Assembly (NCBI GenBank): GCA_965644265.1
Contig: OZ286460.1
Coordinates: 100,316,001 to 100,380,000, forward strand
DNA from: Glycera tridactyla
Taxonomy: Eukaryota
Direction: 5' to 3'
DNA: 64,000 bases
Shown: positions 50,201-63,594 of the stretch, one piece after another
How positions within the stretch are numbered: the stretch's first letter is position 1
Layout of the letters: each line of letters opens with the position of its first letter
Notes under the pieces: model-generated
The model's database searches: none
The model's input: the letters and a program-made list of their open reading frames with translations, nothing else
Told to the model about the DNA's origin: nothing
Made by a program: the position numbers and the translations under genes

Positions 50201-52636
50201 AGCTTCCAGCCAGCTATATAGTTAGATATGCCATCCTAGGTTTATTGTGTATATGTTTAGATTAGGTAGAGGTGTGTTTGAACTGTCTCCTACTTCTACT
50301 TGACAACCTTTCAGGTTCCCCATCATCTTGTGTTCAGGGTTTGTGAGAGTGATGTCTGCAGGGGAGAGAACATCTAGCTTTCATCAAACAATCAATCAAT
50401 CAATCAATCACAGATTCATACAGGTCTTGAAACCTACTTGTGATTGAACAAGCATCTTGATTATACTAAACTGATGGTGATAGTGTCCTTATCCGTCAGG
50501 TGTTTCAACATGACTGACATCCAGCATTTCTTGACACATAGTAGCCATTAGCTGGCATTTGTTTGCGCTTGCCAAATCATAAGGGTTTGTGAGAGTTATG
50601 TCTGCAGGGGAGAGAAAATCTAGCTTTCATCAACCAGGAATACATGGCATATACATAACCCCAGGGTTGATACATGCCGTTAAACCTCAAACAAACAATC
50701 ATGAGTTGCTCTATGCAGGTTTTCAATGTTTCTGGATGTGAACAAATCACATCCCTGCATTTTAGTTGATAGTTCAAAATTTTGCTGTTGATGTCGACAT
50801 GGTAAATAATAACATCTACTGATATTTGCATTGGTCATGATGATTCTTCAGTGGAAACTGTATTAAGCAACCACCCTCAGGATATGAAAAAGTGGTTGCT
50901 TAAGACAGGTGGTTGCTTCATACAGGAAAATGTATTTATAGTGAAAAATGCTCCAGTGTGTTTCCCTAAAAAAGGTTGTGTCTCGCTTGTGTATTTCACT
51001 ACTGAGATACGAGAAGCATTTTTCGTTGTTGAAGGTTCAGAGGGTGAACTTGGGTTACTTCTGAATAAATTGTATATAGGAAATAATAGCCGAGTCTGCT
51101 GTCTTTTTTACAATAGTATGTCCCACCTGTGCCAGCAATTGTGTGCTTTCCGCTTCGTGTTCCTGCCATGCTCGCGGCCTGGAAATCACCAACACTTCAT
51201 ACAGGTTCTAGAGTGGAACACGTGATGAGCACAAAGCCCTGGCACTGATATCTGCTGGCTGGATGCATACATTCTGCTCAACCTTGTCTGATTCTTTTCC
51301 AAATATCTCCATTATAAATGAATGAATCTACACAATTCTTCCAGGAAAACAATAACAATATTTGTGGGTGATTCTTTATGATATTGTAACAAGAGGCTTG
51401 AACAGAAGGCGTGAAAATTGATCTTGTATCTAGGCGTGAATGCTAATTGCAATTTGGACAGAGCTGTGCTCAACTGTGACACAATTTAACAAGTGAGTAC
51501 ATGTCCTTTTCATAAGAACTAACAGAGAAACACTAGCAAATATTGTTCTCAATGGATTCATGAAAGAAATGAGTCAATATACCGTAAATGACGTAATAAT
51601 CACCCTGGGCGTTTATTAGGATCCTTGCTGAGTGAAGAAGGGGGGATGGCGATGATTAGGGATATCTGCCTACCGGGTGAAGACTGATCCTGAAAACGAT
51701 GTTTATGCTGATCCCGATCGCTCTCTGAACGCCTTTAGACTGTACAGTACAGCCGCATGTCAATAAATGGTAAAAATCGCCCGATAAATGACTACTGGAG
51801 TGTTTGTCGATTGTTTTTTGCGAAAATCTCGACATTTTCGCCATAAACATGATGAGAACACATGGCAGGTATAACCATTCGAGTGCACCGCCATTTTGAA
51901 CCTGATCGGTTCACATGATCAATACACAAATTATGTTGAGTGTGTTTTGCTCAACATGAGGTATGGCATACATAAATCAAGCCAGAGGATCATGTGTTCC
52001 CGGTCAATGGAAGCCTGTATCTTCTCTCCCCTCCACGTCATCTAGCCTTTATTGAACTAGATGAAAACTAGATAGCCGGCCACAGGGGACATATGGCTTT
52101 CATCTAGCTATGGAGTCAGTGTGCATGTATACATTGAGACAGTATAGGTTTAGTTGATTTGATATGCACTGAGCACCTATTCCATACATACAGGTCCTGC
52201 AGAGTGCATAAAACTCTGATATGTTTCAGGTCTTGAACTACCGATATATATGGGCAGTCTATCACTTGTCCAAACCCATAATAATTGTTAGTGCACATGT
52301 ACACACTAAGACACCACAGGAAAGCTTGATTTGGACAAAATGCATACATCGATACATTGAAATGCTTCAGAAAAGGCTGATTTGGTGTGGATCGGGCAGT
52401 GGTTCTGGGAAACGGGTTCTGCAAAGTCTAGATCAGAGCACATACCATCCTCGAGCTTCATCTTTCCCTTGGCAGCCCATCACTTGCCTAAGCCCCAAAT
52501 GAATGTTTGAGTGCACAAGTACACATCAGGATGCTTCAAGGAAAGTTGGTTTGGCAGAGATCAGTGCAGCAGTTCTAGAGATATGGGTCCTGCAAAATTG
52601 GGGCCAAATGAATGGATGGATATACGAATGAATGTA

Positions 52637-53336
52637 AGCCCCCCTTACATAGGGCCGGCGACTACTCGCGCTCGACTGCGTAGGCTGAATGCAGTCGAGC
52701 GCCAAGAGGAACGCGATGGAGGGCGGACAAGCAGCGTTGAGCGCAATCGGCCGCTAGCGGCTGCCTGGCTTTTTCTGAGCGCGGAGCAAATATCGAAATG
52801 TTCAAAACTTCCGCGGTTGAGCGCGAGAAATTGATACAGGCGCGAGCAGCAGCGGGGGAGTGCACGGCTGACGCAAGCAGAGCCGGACAGGCACGAGCAG
52901 GAGCTGACGCGGGCGAGCGCATCGAAGCGCCAAAGAGCGCGGTGACTACTAGGTGTGTGCCCGGTGGAGCCCGGTGGCGCCCTGCGACGTTTGATGGTGC
53001 CCGCCTGTGCTGGACTGAGGGCGGACAGGCGCCGTGGAGTATAGTGAGACCTCGGCCAGGCTCCAATGAGCGAAGAAACGAGCGCAGACAGGCGCCATGG
53101 AGTATAGCCAGGCTCCATCAGACTCCATCGAGCACGGCCTAGCACCAGCGATCGCGTGAGACGAACACGTATACCTACGTAGCCAAGCGCGGGTGGGCGC
53201 AAGAAGGCGCCAGGGAGCGTAGCCTAGCGCAAGAAAAAGAAAAAAATGATCATTTTTTACGCACCCCACCGCGATTTTTCGTAGATTTCGAGCGCAACCA
53301 GGCGCGAGACGTCGCCCAGCCTATGTAAGGGTGGCT
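52637..53336. mobile_element. GC-rich PIF/Harbinger-like MITE (700 bp)
   Basis: 26-bp imperfect TIR AGCC(C/A)CCCTTACATAGG..GGCGAC; 3-bp direct flank GTA on both sides; internal GGCGCC(G/A)TGGAGTATAG repeats. Confidence 0.75.
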
Positions 53337-53498
53337 GTATGGACTGAGACTATGGAAAATATCACAAACTCCCAAGTTTGCCAGAATAGAGCAAGTAGAA
53401 TCATTTTATTCAAGAGACATGGTGACAGTAGTGTACAGATGCATCAAGAACTCAATTTATCCAGAGTAATGGAGTATCAGGCAGCAAGCCTACTTGAC

Positions 53499-53632
53499 AA
53501 AAGTAGAAACAATGATGTCAGAATTCATCAGTAAAAGTAGAAACAATGATGTCAGAATTCATCAGTAAAAGTAGAAACAATGATGTCAGTATTCATCAGT
53601 AAAAGTAGAAACAATGATGAAGAATTCATCAA
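53499..53632. repeat. 34-bp tandem repeat x4
   Basis: AAAAGTAGAAACAATGATGTCAGAATTCATCAGT begins at 53499, 53533, 53567 and 53601. Confidence 0.92.
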
Positions 53633-54018
53633 AACTTGCATATTTGAAAGACAACTGAGTTAGCAGCAATGCCAACCTGTGATGACCAAAAATAGTAATG
53701 AAGCCATTTTTTGAGAGTAATGATTGCAGTATTTGAAGTGATCGAATGAGAAAAACATAAACTTCAAGGACTAAAGTTACACTTGAAATGCCAAAATTTT
53801 GGCTCAAAAAGAGTAATCATTACTCCAAAATCATAATGGTTGGGATCTCTGCTGAAGCCCCCAAGGTGGAGTCCTCCATGGTAAAAATTCACCAACTATT
53901 GCATTGTACAAAAGAAACTGCAAGAGACACTGTGTTGGCACCACCAGTTTTATGATACAGTAGAATGAGACAAAGGCTGGAGATCACTACAGACAGCCAG
54001 ATCGTTATTTCAACCTGG

Positions 54019-54188
54019 TAGGTCGTTATTGCTCCTCAGATCGTTATTGGTTGGAGATCACGACGTCAAGGTCGTGATTGGCAACAAATGACGGCCTGGG
54101 CTGACATCGTGATCTCCAGAAAAGTCGGTCACATAGATAACGATCTCAGCGCGACATCGTTATCTCTCCCTCGGGTGAATAACGACCT
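54019..54188. repeat. ~170-bp nested inverted repeat (fold-back)
   Basis: GGTCGTTATT/AATAACGACC, AGATCGTTAT/ATAACGATCT and GGAGATCACGA/TCGTGATCTCC are arranged symmetrically about ~54085. Confidence 0.7.
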
Positions 54189-54444
54189 AAGGATGGATGA
54201 GTAGTTGATGATTTTAGCACGAGATGGCACTTGTCCCCACTTTCACTGAAATTTGTACCTGTATTACTCCACTCTGAAACTAACAGAAATATAAGAAACA
54301 AATCCAGTGGCATTTTGAGGCACAGCACCTGAGACATTGTTAATATTTATAGAACAACATTACCCCTCTCCTCACTGCCCCCCAAGTCAAGTGAGAGATG
54401 CTCTATTCTTGTTTAACATTACATAATGACATATGCCGAGATGT

Positions 54445-54475
<31 letters not shown>

Positions 54476-55165
54476 GAACTAAAGACCACATACCAGCAAT
54501 TAGGCTCCATAGTAGGTTTCACAAAAGCAGAATATTATGGAAGTGAAAAAATACGGTATTTGCAATGCACCAGTATATCCTCAAGGCAGTTCGCTTGGAT
54601 TCACTGTTTTGAAATATTGACAGACAAAAAGACTTCCATCACAGTTCCCCTGCTGTTTACCAGAGAGAATTTTCAATGGATGTATAATGAGTGATGATAA
54701 TTTCTTTTGATGAGTGAGTGAAGCATTAAACTATTTCTTTTTTTTGGTGAAAATTTATGGTAGCCCATGAATGAAAATAGCCCACCTGCCTGAGTTTTAT
54801 TTGACTATTGGGTCTGTATGCAAACAACTCAGAAATAGTATTTTGGAAAGAGGTGAATTCTGAGAAATCTTCAAATAGCTAGAGTAATTCATGGGGATAT
54901 AACATTTCCAGTGATATGATGAAATATTGTGAAGGAATTTTACAAAGTTCACAGCGGCCTGGTCATCCCTGTCCTGCAATTTATCATACTTATCACAAAC
55001 AATATGAATACTTTCAAATGAAGAATGTTTTTGAAAATTTGAATATTTTGCCTTTTAGTTTTGTCGAGATACTCTTGCAGAATTCTGTGATTTAATATCC
55101 AGGAGCCTACTCATTGTTTCAGATCCAATTCCAGCCCTCTTAATGAGCTTCAATTCAATATGCAT

Positions 55166-55235
<70 letters not shown>

Positions 55236-58021
55236 ACACACACACAGTCAAACCTCCTCTGAAGACCTCTCTATAAAGACCACCTCCCTATAAAGACCAC
55301 CTTTTTTGTGTGGCTCAGGAGGTCTTCATAGAGAGGTTCAGCTTTATATATCTGATGCAGGTCTCATTCATATGCACAGCTCCTCAATTAGCATGCCCAT
55401 CAGGTAGAGGATTCTGGAAGTTCATATGAGCTACTTGTAGCAGATGGTCTTTGTATCTAGCCAGACACAGCAGGGATGATAATCATTGAAATTTATCTCC
55501 CTGATTTATCAGCCAGTCTTGTTAGGTTGAAATACAACACTTTCTCATAGGATGGTCACCCATGTGTATGACTCCCGCTATTGGTCAGACATCATGCCAT
55601 CCTGTATACTTTCTAGCCCTATTTCAGCCCAAACCAGCAATGGTATGTTTATGATTACCTCATTGTTTGAATTGAGCTCAAAGGACAGTATTCTCACTCG
55701 ACAATGTGAGCTCTGGCTCTTGATTTGTGATCATACAAGGTAACACTGACAAGCTAGCTTCACTCTATCATGTGGTTCTGACAAATTTGAGACCGTTGCA
55801 ACTGTTCATTGCTGCCTCCTGACATTCAGTTCAGTATCCTCTAAATAATGAATGTTAGAAAACAAGGGTCATTAGTAAAACTGGACCCCCAGACGAGGTC
55901 AACAAGGGGAAGGGCAAAAGGGATTACTTAGTAATTTCAAAACATATTGGACCTGGTTATCACAGTATCTATTCATACGCATGGAAGTAGAAATGTGCTA
56001 CTTCCACTTGAGAACCCTTCAAGTTCCCCATAATCTTGTGTTCAGGTTTTGTGTAAGTGATGCATTCAGGGGACAGAACATATAGCTTTAATTGAACATG
56101 CTGTTAAACATCAAACAATGATTTATACACATGGATGGATCATGGATGCTTGTCCAACAGAAATAAAAATGGACAGACTGATAACTGTTCATTTTGATGT
56201 GTGTACATGGATGTTTCCCTTCTTCAGGAGTGTGAGATTTGAAGTGCCCAAAACCCTGACCTGGTATTTCACTGATGACTGGTCCAACTTTGCCTTGATT
56301 ATTCATGGTCCCACCATGAAAGAAGAGGGGAATCCCCCTCTTTTTAATGGAACCACGAACAAGAGCCTATCTTTTTTGAGAGGCCACATTTCAATCACAT
56401 ACACAGGGATGTCAACCTCTGATGACCGAAATTAGTACTGATGGCAATCTCAAAGTAATGATGGCAATATTTGCAATACTGAAATAAGAGATTCCTCAAT
56501 ATCTCATCTATCAATATTACACATAATATGGCAAAATGTTTGCTAATAATGAGGGATCATAACACCAATATCATAATGGTTGGCATCTCTGCATTTAGGG
56601 CAATCCACTGTCATTTGTGATGTTCGATGTTCATGTACTCAGAAAACACCAACCTTGATATAGACTTCCATGCCTCAAGACTAGAGAACATTTCACTCAA
56701 ATATGTGGACCTCTACCATGGCAGCAAGAGTGAAATTCAGGACCACCTACATTGGTGAAATGACCCAGCAATAAAGCATGTGGTGTGTTTGAAATATGAC
56801 CTCTCAGAGGGCAAAGGTTAGAGCAGTCATAGGTCTATCCAGCTGGACTTTCTCCCCACCCCCTAGCCCCAGCGATAAGCATTCATCCATGGTAATCGGA
56901 TGGGTTTATAGTGGGAGTTGAACTTGCACATTCTGGCCGTAATAAAACTATCAAGAATGCCTCTTGCATGAAGGACATCTGACTGGCTCATATTCAACCT
57001 CACACCCTGAAGTGGTATCTGACTTTTCCTGACTTGAGCTATAGGATGATTGGCCCTCCTTTCATCTCTCAGCTGCTAGGTCACCACCGCTGCCACCGCC
57101 ACCACCAACACCACCAACAACAACAACAACTACAACAACACTAAAATGTGTGCATTTGAATAACATCAGGCTTTCACTTTCTTCATATTTTTTTCTTCAT
57201 CAATATTTTAGGCCTTATCATCATTAAATGAAATTCAGTTTTTATACATCAAAAACCAAAGTTTTTTTTATATAAATAGTGCTTTGCAGGATTCTTGATT
57301 TGATCCACGAATCAAGTTTCAAGTGGTTGTTAATGCTATTTTGACCGTTTTGGCTAGCAAGCTTAACAAAATTTTTCAGGATAATTTTTTTCTGAAATGA
57401 AATGAAAAAAAAAATAGAAATAGTTCACATGACTATGTTTCTTCATAGCTTAGCAACCCATCAAATCAAATAATTTTTCTGTTTTAACTTATACTTTAAA
57501 TATATACCAACTGGCAAAAATTCTCTCATTCTGAGGTATAGCGAAAGCAATTATTGCTGATTTTCCACATGGAAGAAAATATTTCATATTGACTGAATAT
57601 ATTCATATGTTTAGTTCCACGATTATTCTTTGAATTACTTCATGAACAACGTTCCTATGATTTTTGGATGCGAAAATATTGCAAAAAAAAGATTTCGCAT
57701 GATCGGTTTTGAAATTCCAAACATGCAAATTTTGACACAATAAGCAATTTCTGAACATGCACAAAATACCATCAGATCTTCTGTTATCATGCCGAACTAA
57801 AATTTCACAACAAAAATCTGAGATTCGGTGTTGCTGCGATTTCACGTCTACTTGACGATTTACCAGGAAAAACTCTGTTGTTCATCATTCTGATCATGGC
57901 GCACTTACCATCAGTCCCACCGAATATGTGACGGAGATGGAAGATCATGGGTCCCAACTATGATGAGAACATGAAATGGTGGGATTTGAATCATTGTATT
58001 GGATATAATAGCTGAATAATA

Positions 58022-58602
58022 CTGTAGTCTCGCGCGTGTACGCGCAGGTTCGGACAAACGCGCATCCCCCGTTTCGTCAAAATGTCGGAATACGCGCATG
58101 TCCTCGCGCATACGCACACCCTCGAAAAATCCCGGTTGAGATGTGTGAAACCCGAAAGAATGAACGAGAAATCGATTTTTTTTACTCATCATTGTCAACG
58201 AATCGCCATGTTGTATCCGTCTTCTCCGCGCATTGCATGATGGGAGATGTTGAAAAATATTAATCATGCGTACCCTGTTCCCACCTACCCCAACCTCATT
58301 CTCTATTTGAGCCATGCAAATATACGATCGCAGACGGTTCTGTCGGGACTAGGGTTCGCAGGCGCGAAGCATCATGGGAGAAATAAAGTTAATATTTACA
58401 TCATCAAGAAAAATGGCCGCCGGGTGTTGGTAAGTGCTTCGTTCCACGTGATGGGGCGAAGAATAAAGCAAAAACAGATAGTTTCGACAAGGTGCGCGTT
58501 TGCACGAAAATACTATACGCGCATCTTCGGACGTACGCGCATCCCCCGTTTCGTCAAAATGTCACGATTTCGCTCACTGCGCGTACACGCGCGAGACTAC
58601 AG
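58022..58602. mobile_element. 581-bp CpG-rich TIR element, superfamily uncertain (Academ-like or Tc1/mariner-like)
   Basis: Perfect 26-bp TIR CTGTAGTCTCGCGCGTGTACGCGCAG flanked by TA/TA. Alternatively TAG...CTA termini (58025-58599) with CTG/CAG flanks. Confidence 0.8.
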
Positions 58603-59691
58603 TAGATAAATAATGCAAAGAGGGGAGTTACCTGCCTTGAGAAACAATTCAGTGATGGTTATACGCAGTTAGTTTGGCCAAATGCACACGGAACAGGCAT
58701 GAAACTTTTACATTTCTGGCTTTCATTTCAGCTCAGATTATCCAAGTGTTCATGACCAGTGTTGAGCATATACCTCAGAGTCAGTTTCATAAATTTGAGT
58801 GACCTTGTGATTAGAACATGTTTTACTTTATTTGTATCAAGATGGGCCAATGTGTACATTGAGAGATGTGAGGGAGGGTGACAGACTGTTTTGAAAGGGT
58901 AGGCAGTTCCAAAAATCACCCGCCTTATCTATCAGTTTGCCTTTTTGTACCAATAGGGGAGGTCCCAGCATGGAGCCCTAGATTAGAACATGTTTGATTG
59001 TATTTGTATCAAGATGAGCCAATGTGTACATTCCAGGATTGAGGGAGCTGGTGGACCACAGAAATTGTCGGGTCTCTATTATCACTCTTGGATTCCTCAT
59101 GAGGTGGTCACCCATCAAACCCGCCCTACTATATAGAGATCTGTGTATTTTCAGTCCGTGCTCTTAGTCCGTGCTCTTAGTGGTTACATTACAGAGCTCA
59201 GATGTGTGACTCCAGCAACTTCTTGCCAGGCAGAATCCTCTCTCAACTGTCTGAGAGCCCCATTCACCAGGGCTCTACATTAACTTCTTTCTTTAACTGT
59301 CCTTCGGGTAATTGATGTAGACCTTGAGCCAGCCCTCCCCAACATTTTATCTGCCCTCCTGCATATCCCACATTGTACCTCAATTTACATTCATTAGTAT
59401 CATTATTGTTATTGTTGTTAATATTGTTATTATTATTGTTGTTGTTATCATCATCATTATTGTTGGACTTCCATTGTGTTCTAGAGAGCAGCTAATCATT
59501 AGTAATACCCCGACCCGTTGATACTGAAATATCTTAGACTATACCTCAATCTATAATTCCCCATTTTTACCTTCCAATTGTTTCTTGATCCTATAGAGCC
59601 AATTTCTCCTTTCTTCCTCACTCTCTTGCCCCCTTTGTCTCTCTTGCCTTAAGCGCATACCCCACAGTCTGCCCTAAAGTTTTTTCACTAT

Positions 59692-60545
59692 AATTGACCT
59701 GTATTGAGCGGAAACCTGTCTTAACATGAACGAGGGAATGCCATTTTTGGTCCTGCAGAGCTCACCAATCTCTATTAGGCGAAAAGTGAAGTTGGCATCA
59801 ACTTACTACAGAGATCTGCTTGCGAATCTCTAGGTACGATGACCACATTCACGGTTTTTGCAGCCCCCCATCTCCGATAATGTGAGCAAGTCTACATTCA
59901 AGCAAAAAGCGAAGTTGACATCGAAACTCGCAAGTGAGCAATTCTACACGCTATGACCCCGAACAGGCAGTCTCCACTTTGCTGCCATACGCCCGCAAAC
60001 TCGTTTTCTGCACATCTTGCACGATCGATCCTCATCCTGATTTAAATAACCGAATATATTTTTCCAGAAATGGCTGAATTGTCTGTCCATTTACACGGAG
60101 CGCATAATATTCCTAGATGATTTCCGCAAATATCGATCGAAATCCGCCACAGAAGCGAAGTTGATAACACAGTTGCGAGATGTCAACAGTATGCACAGAA
60201 GACGATTTCTCGAGCACTGCGCAGCCTATCGGAACCATGAGGAAGCCAATTTTGCGAATGAATTTATCACTTTATTATTAAGTTTGCACTTGTAATTGCA
60301 GTGACGGCGAGTTATGGCGTGTGTTTCTTTGTGAGAAGTTAGTCTATTGGTCTAGCGTCAGTGAGCATGTAGGCGCATTCGATCAGACAATAGGCTTCAT
60401 TTGCCAGTGAAGCATGAAGTTGTGAATATTTTGTTTATACGCAATTATTATCGCCCATGTGAAAATCCTTTGCGAAGCAGAATCCTGTCTTGAGCGGAAA
60501 ATAAATTTGGTCCCATGACTTTTCGCTTAAGACAGGTTTTTCTGT
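59692..60545. mobile_element. Longer (~850 bp) relative of MITE family C
   Basis: Ends share ACCTGTCTTA and AATTTGGTCCCATGACTTTTC(G/A)CTTAAGACAGGTTT with family C; the interior is CpG-rich. Confidence 0.65.
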
Positions 60546-60716
60546 ACTATATAATTGCTATGTCTCATCCCATTGGGCGATCTGTCTCTGTCTCTGTCTC
60601 TGTCTCTGTCTCTGTCTCTGCCTGTCCCTCTCTCATGGTGTGGTCCCACTACCATCAAATTCAAGAATTTATTGCGAGAGTGTGCAACCAACCCCCATCA
60701 AATTATGATCTTGACA

Positions 60717-60830
60717 TTTTTTTGCCCCCAACCGAAGGTGGGGGGGGGGGGGGGCATACTGCATTCAGTCTGTCCGTCCGTCTGTCCATCTGTCCGTAAA
60801 CAATTTTTTGCGGGACGTGCTGTGTCCACT
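60717..60830 (+). mobile_element. 5' module only of a second HINE-type family
   Basis: TTTTTTTGCCCCC-aaccgaaggt-poly(G)-GCAT stem followed by a (GTCY)n-like tract CTGTCCGTCCGTCTGTCC; no 3' module found. Confidence 0.6.
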
Positions 60831-61368
60831 GTGTACTAGAGCAAGTGTCTTGTAGGTAAATCAATTCTACCAATGTTTCTATGAGGAGCTCCTTTCAGAA
60901 TATTCTATCCCTCATGGCGCTTTTTGCATCTCACAGGCCTTGTTCTGGATTTGAGTGGCCATCGCAATAAACCTTCTATTCTTGTGGTCAACCTTGCACC
61001 TCGGCGGGCAGACAGACACTCCCGGCTCTAGGTTGCCTTGTTGTGGTCACCACCTGTTTCCAGTGAGGGACGTTGGGGTATGTTTGTGTACCCCATGACC
61101 TCCAGATAAGATGAGGGGGTGATGATACAGTTGTGACAGCTATTTTTAGACCGCTCCTCAGGAGCGGTGGGCCAGCACTAAGAGCATGGACTGACCGTAG
61201 ATGCGGTTTCGCCCGGAGAAAAGTGTAACACCCAACCGGGCTCACACCCCCCATGCAGGATGATAACCATATGTCCGGAACTCCTTAGTTGCACTCAGTA
61301 TCTCACTCTCTCCCTCTCCCTCTCTCTCTCTCCTCCCCCCTTCTCTCTCTCTCTCCTCCCCCCTTCTC

Positions 61369-61444
<76 letters not shown>

Positions 61445-61876
61445 CTGCTTTCTTTCATCCAAGGAATAAACATGGCATTTCCACATTGCAAAAGAAATTA
61501 TTGTATGAGCTGAATATATGAAGTTGACAGCTTCAAAACACTTTTCAGAATTACTGATTAATTGCAAAAGCAAACAAAACTAAGTGAATACTGTAACCCT
61601 TTAATCAATGGAAGAAATAGAACAAGCTTCTATTAGACAATAGGCAGTAGACATGAGACAAATCTTCATTTTGTGATGTAAATGCAGTACATTTTTCCAC
61701 ACTCATATATTACATCATACATCTATGGTACAAATCAGAAAAATATGAAATATATACCAGGAATCATACTGAGAGTAAAGTATACATCAATCATGGTACA
61801 GTAAAACCTGTTCTAACATGATCCTCTATCAAGAATGAACCTATTTTAAGCATACACCTTGCAGTCCCCCATCATA

Positions 61877-63594
61877 TTTTTGTGCCCCGCCTCGGTTACC
61901 CGAGCGGGGCAGTATGTTTTCGCCTTGACCCTCTGTGCGGATGTGCTATGGATGAGTGTGCGTGCGTGGGTGCGTGGGTGCGTGGGTGCGTGTGTGCGTG
62001 GGTGCGTGTGTGCGTGGGTGCGTGTGTGCGTGGGTGCGTGGGTGCGTGATTTTTTGGTTTCCGGGCAATAACTCCACAATGACTCAAGCTATCTGATTGA
62101 AACTTGGTGTGTACATTCACAATAACAAAAGACAGAACTGATTCGATTTTGGGTTTGATACATTGGATTTCAAGGTCACCTGAGTGCAAAAAGGTCATAT
62201 GTGGTTTCCGGGCACTAACTCCACAATGACTAAAGCTATCTAATTGAAAGTTGGTGAGTACATTCACAGTACCAACAGACAGGACTGATTCGATTTTCGG
62301 TTTGCTACATCGGATTTCAAGGTCACCTGAGTGCAAAAAGGTCATATGTGGTTTCCGACCGATAACATCACAATGAATTCAGCTATCTAATTGAAACTCG
62401 ACGTGTCCATTCACAGTACCATGAGACAGAACTGATTTGATTTTGGGTTTGCTACATCGGATTTCAAGGTCACTTGAGTGCAAAAAGGTCATATGTGGTT
62501 TCCGGCCGATAACATCTCAATGAATGCAGCTATCTAATTGGAACTCGGCGTGTGCATTCACAATATCATGAGACAGAACTGATTCGATTTTGGGTTTGCT
62601 ACATCGGATTTCAAGGTCACCTGAGTGCAAAAAGGTCATATGTGGTTTCCGGCCGATAACATCACAATGAATGCAGCTATCTAATTGAAACTAGACGTGT
62701 GCATTCACAGTACCATGAGACAGAACTGATTCGATTTTGGGTTTGCTACATCAGATTTCAAGGTCGCCTGAGTGCAAAAAGTTTATATGTGTCACCTGAG
62801 TGCAAAAAGGTCATATGTGGTTTCCGGCCGATAACATCACAATGAATGCAGCTATCCAATTGAAACTCGACGTGTGCATTCACAGTACCATGAGACAGAA
62901 CTGATTTGATTTTGGGTTTGCTACATCGGATTTCAAGGTCGCCTGAGTGCAAAAAGGTTATATGTGGTTTCCGGGGAATAACTCCATAATCAATAAAACC
63001 GTCTTATTGAACTCGTGAGGTGCATTCACAGTACCAAAAGACAGAAATGATTTGATTTTGGGTCTGCTACATTGGATTTCAAGATCACCTGAGTGCAAAA
63101 AGGTCATATGTGGTTTCTGGCCGATAACTTCACCATGAATGCAACTATCTTATTGAAACTCGACGGGTGCATTCACAATATCATGAGACAGAAATGATTT
63201 GATCTTGGGTTTGCTACATCGGATTTCAAGGTCACCTGAGTGCAAAAAGGTCATATGTGGTTTCCGGCCGATAACATCACAATGAATGTAGCTATCTAAT
63301 TGAAACTCGACGTGTGCATTCACAGTACCATGAGACAGAACTGATTTGATTTTGGCTTTGCTATGTTATATTTCAGCGTCACTAGGTGATTTTATTTCGG
63401 TCGGCTTTATTGGATTTCAAGGTTACCTGAGGGTGAGAAGGTCATTTGTCGTTCAGGCCAGCAGAGAAGTGGGAGGGAGAGAGCACTACCATAATGACTG
63501 TGTTGCATAGTATATGCTTGGGAATACTGAAGCATAGCATAACCAACTGCGCAGTCAGCGGGGCACTCGCAATCACTGATTGCATCTAGTTTTT
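61877..63594 (+). mobile_element. Complete Helentron-associated interspersed element (HINE; DINE-1/pearl-like architecture)
   Basis: In order: T-run, 5' subTIR GTGCCCCGC (61882-61890), its nearby inverted copy GCGGGGCA (61904-61911), a (GTGC/GTGG)n microsatellite (~61955-62048) and a central tandem array. It ends with 3' subTIR GCGGGGCAC (63558-63566), hairpin GCAATCA-c-TGATTGC (63569-63583) and CTAG-TTTT. Confidence 0.85.
62050..63430 (+). repeat. 147-bp tandem satellite (~9 units) inside the HINE
   Basis: The TGATT(C/T)GAT anchor recurs at 62139, 62286, 62433, 62580, 62727, 62902 (147+28 because of an internal duplication), 63048, 63195 and 63342. Confidence 0.92.

Noticed and set aside
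51580-51960. TA-CCGTAAATGACG pogo-like end with a CpG-rich interior
   Set aside because: No matching right TIR was found in the window, so its boundaries cannot be supported.
52645-53202. Overlapping long ORFs (185, 134 and 114 aa)
   Set aside because: They lie wholly inside a GC-rich MITE, are open on both strands because stops are rare, and have low-complexity Arg/Ala content with no domain.
60349-60395. TGGTCTAGCG...TTCGAT tRNA-like A/B boxes
   Set aside because: No cloverleaf can be built, and it lies inside a DNA transposon derivative.
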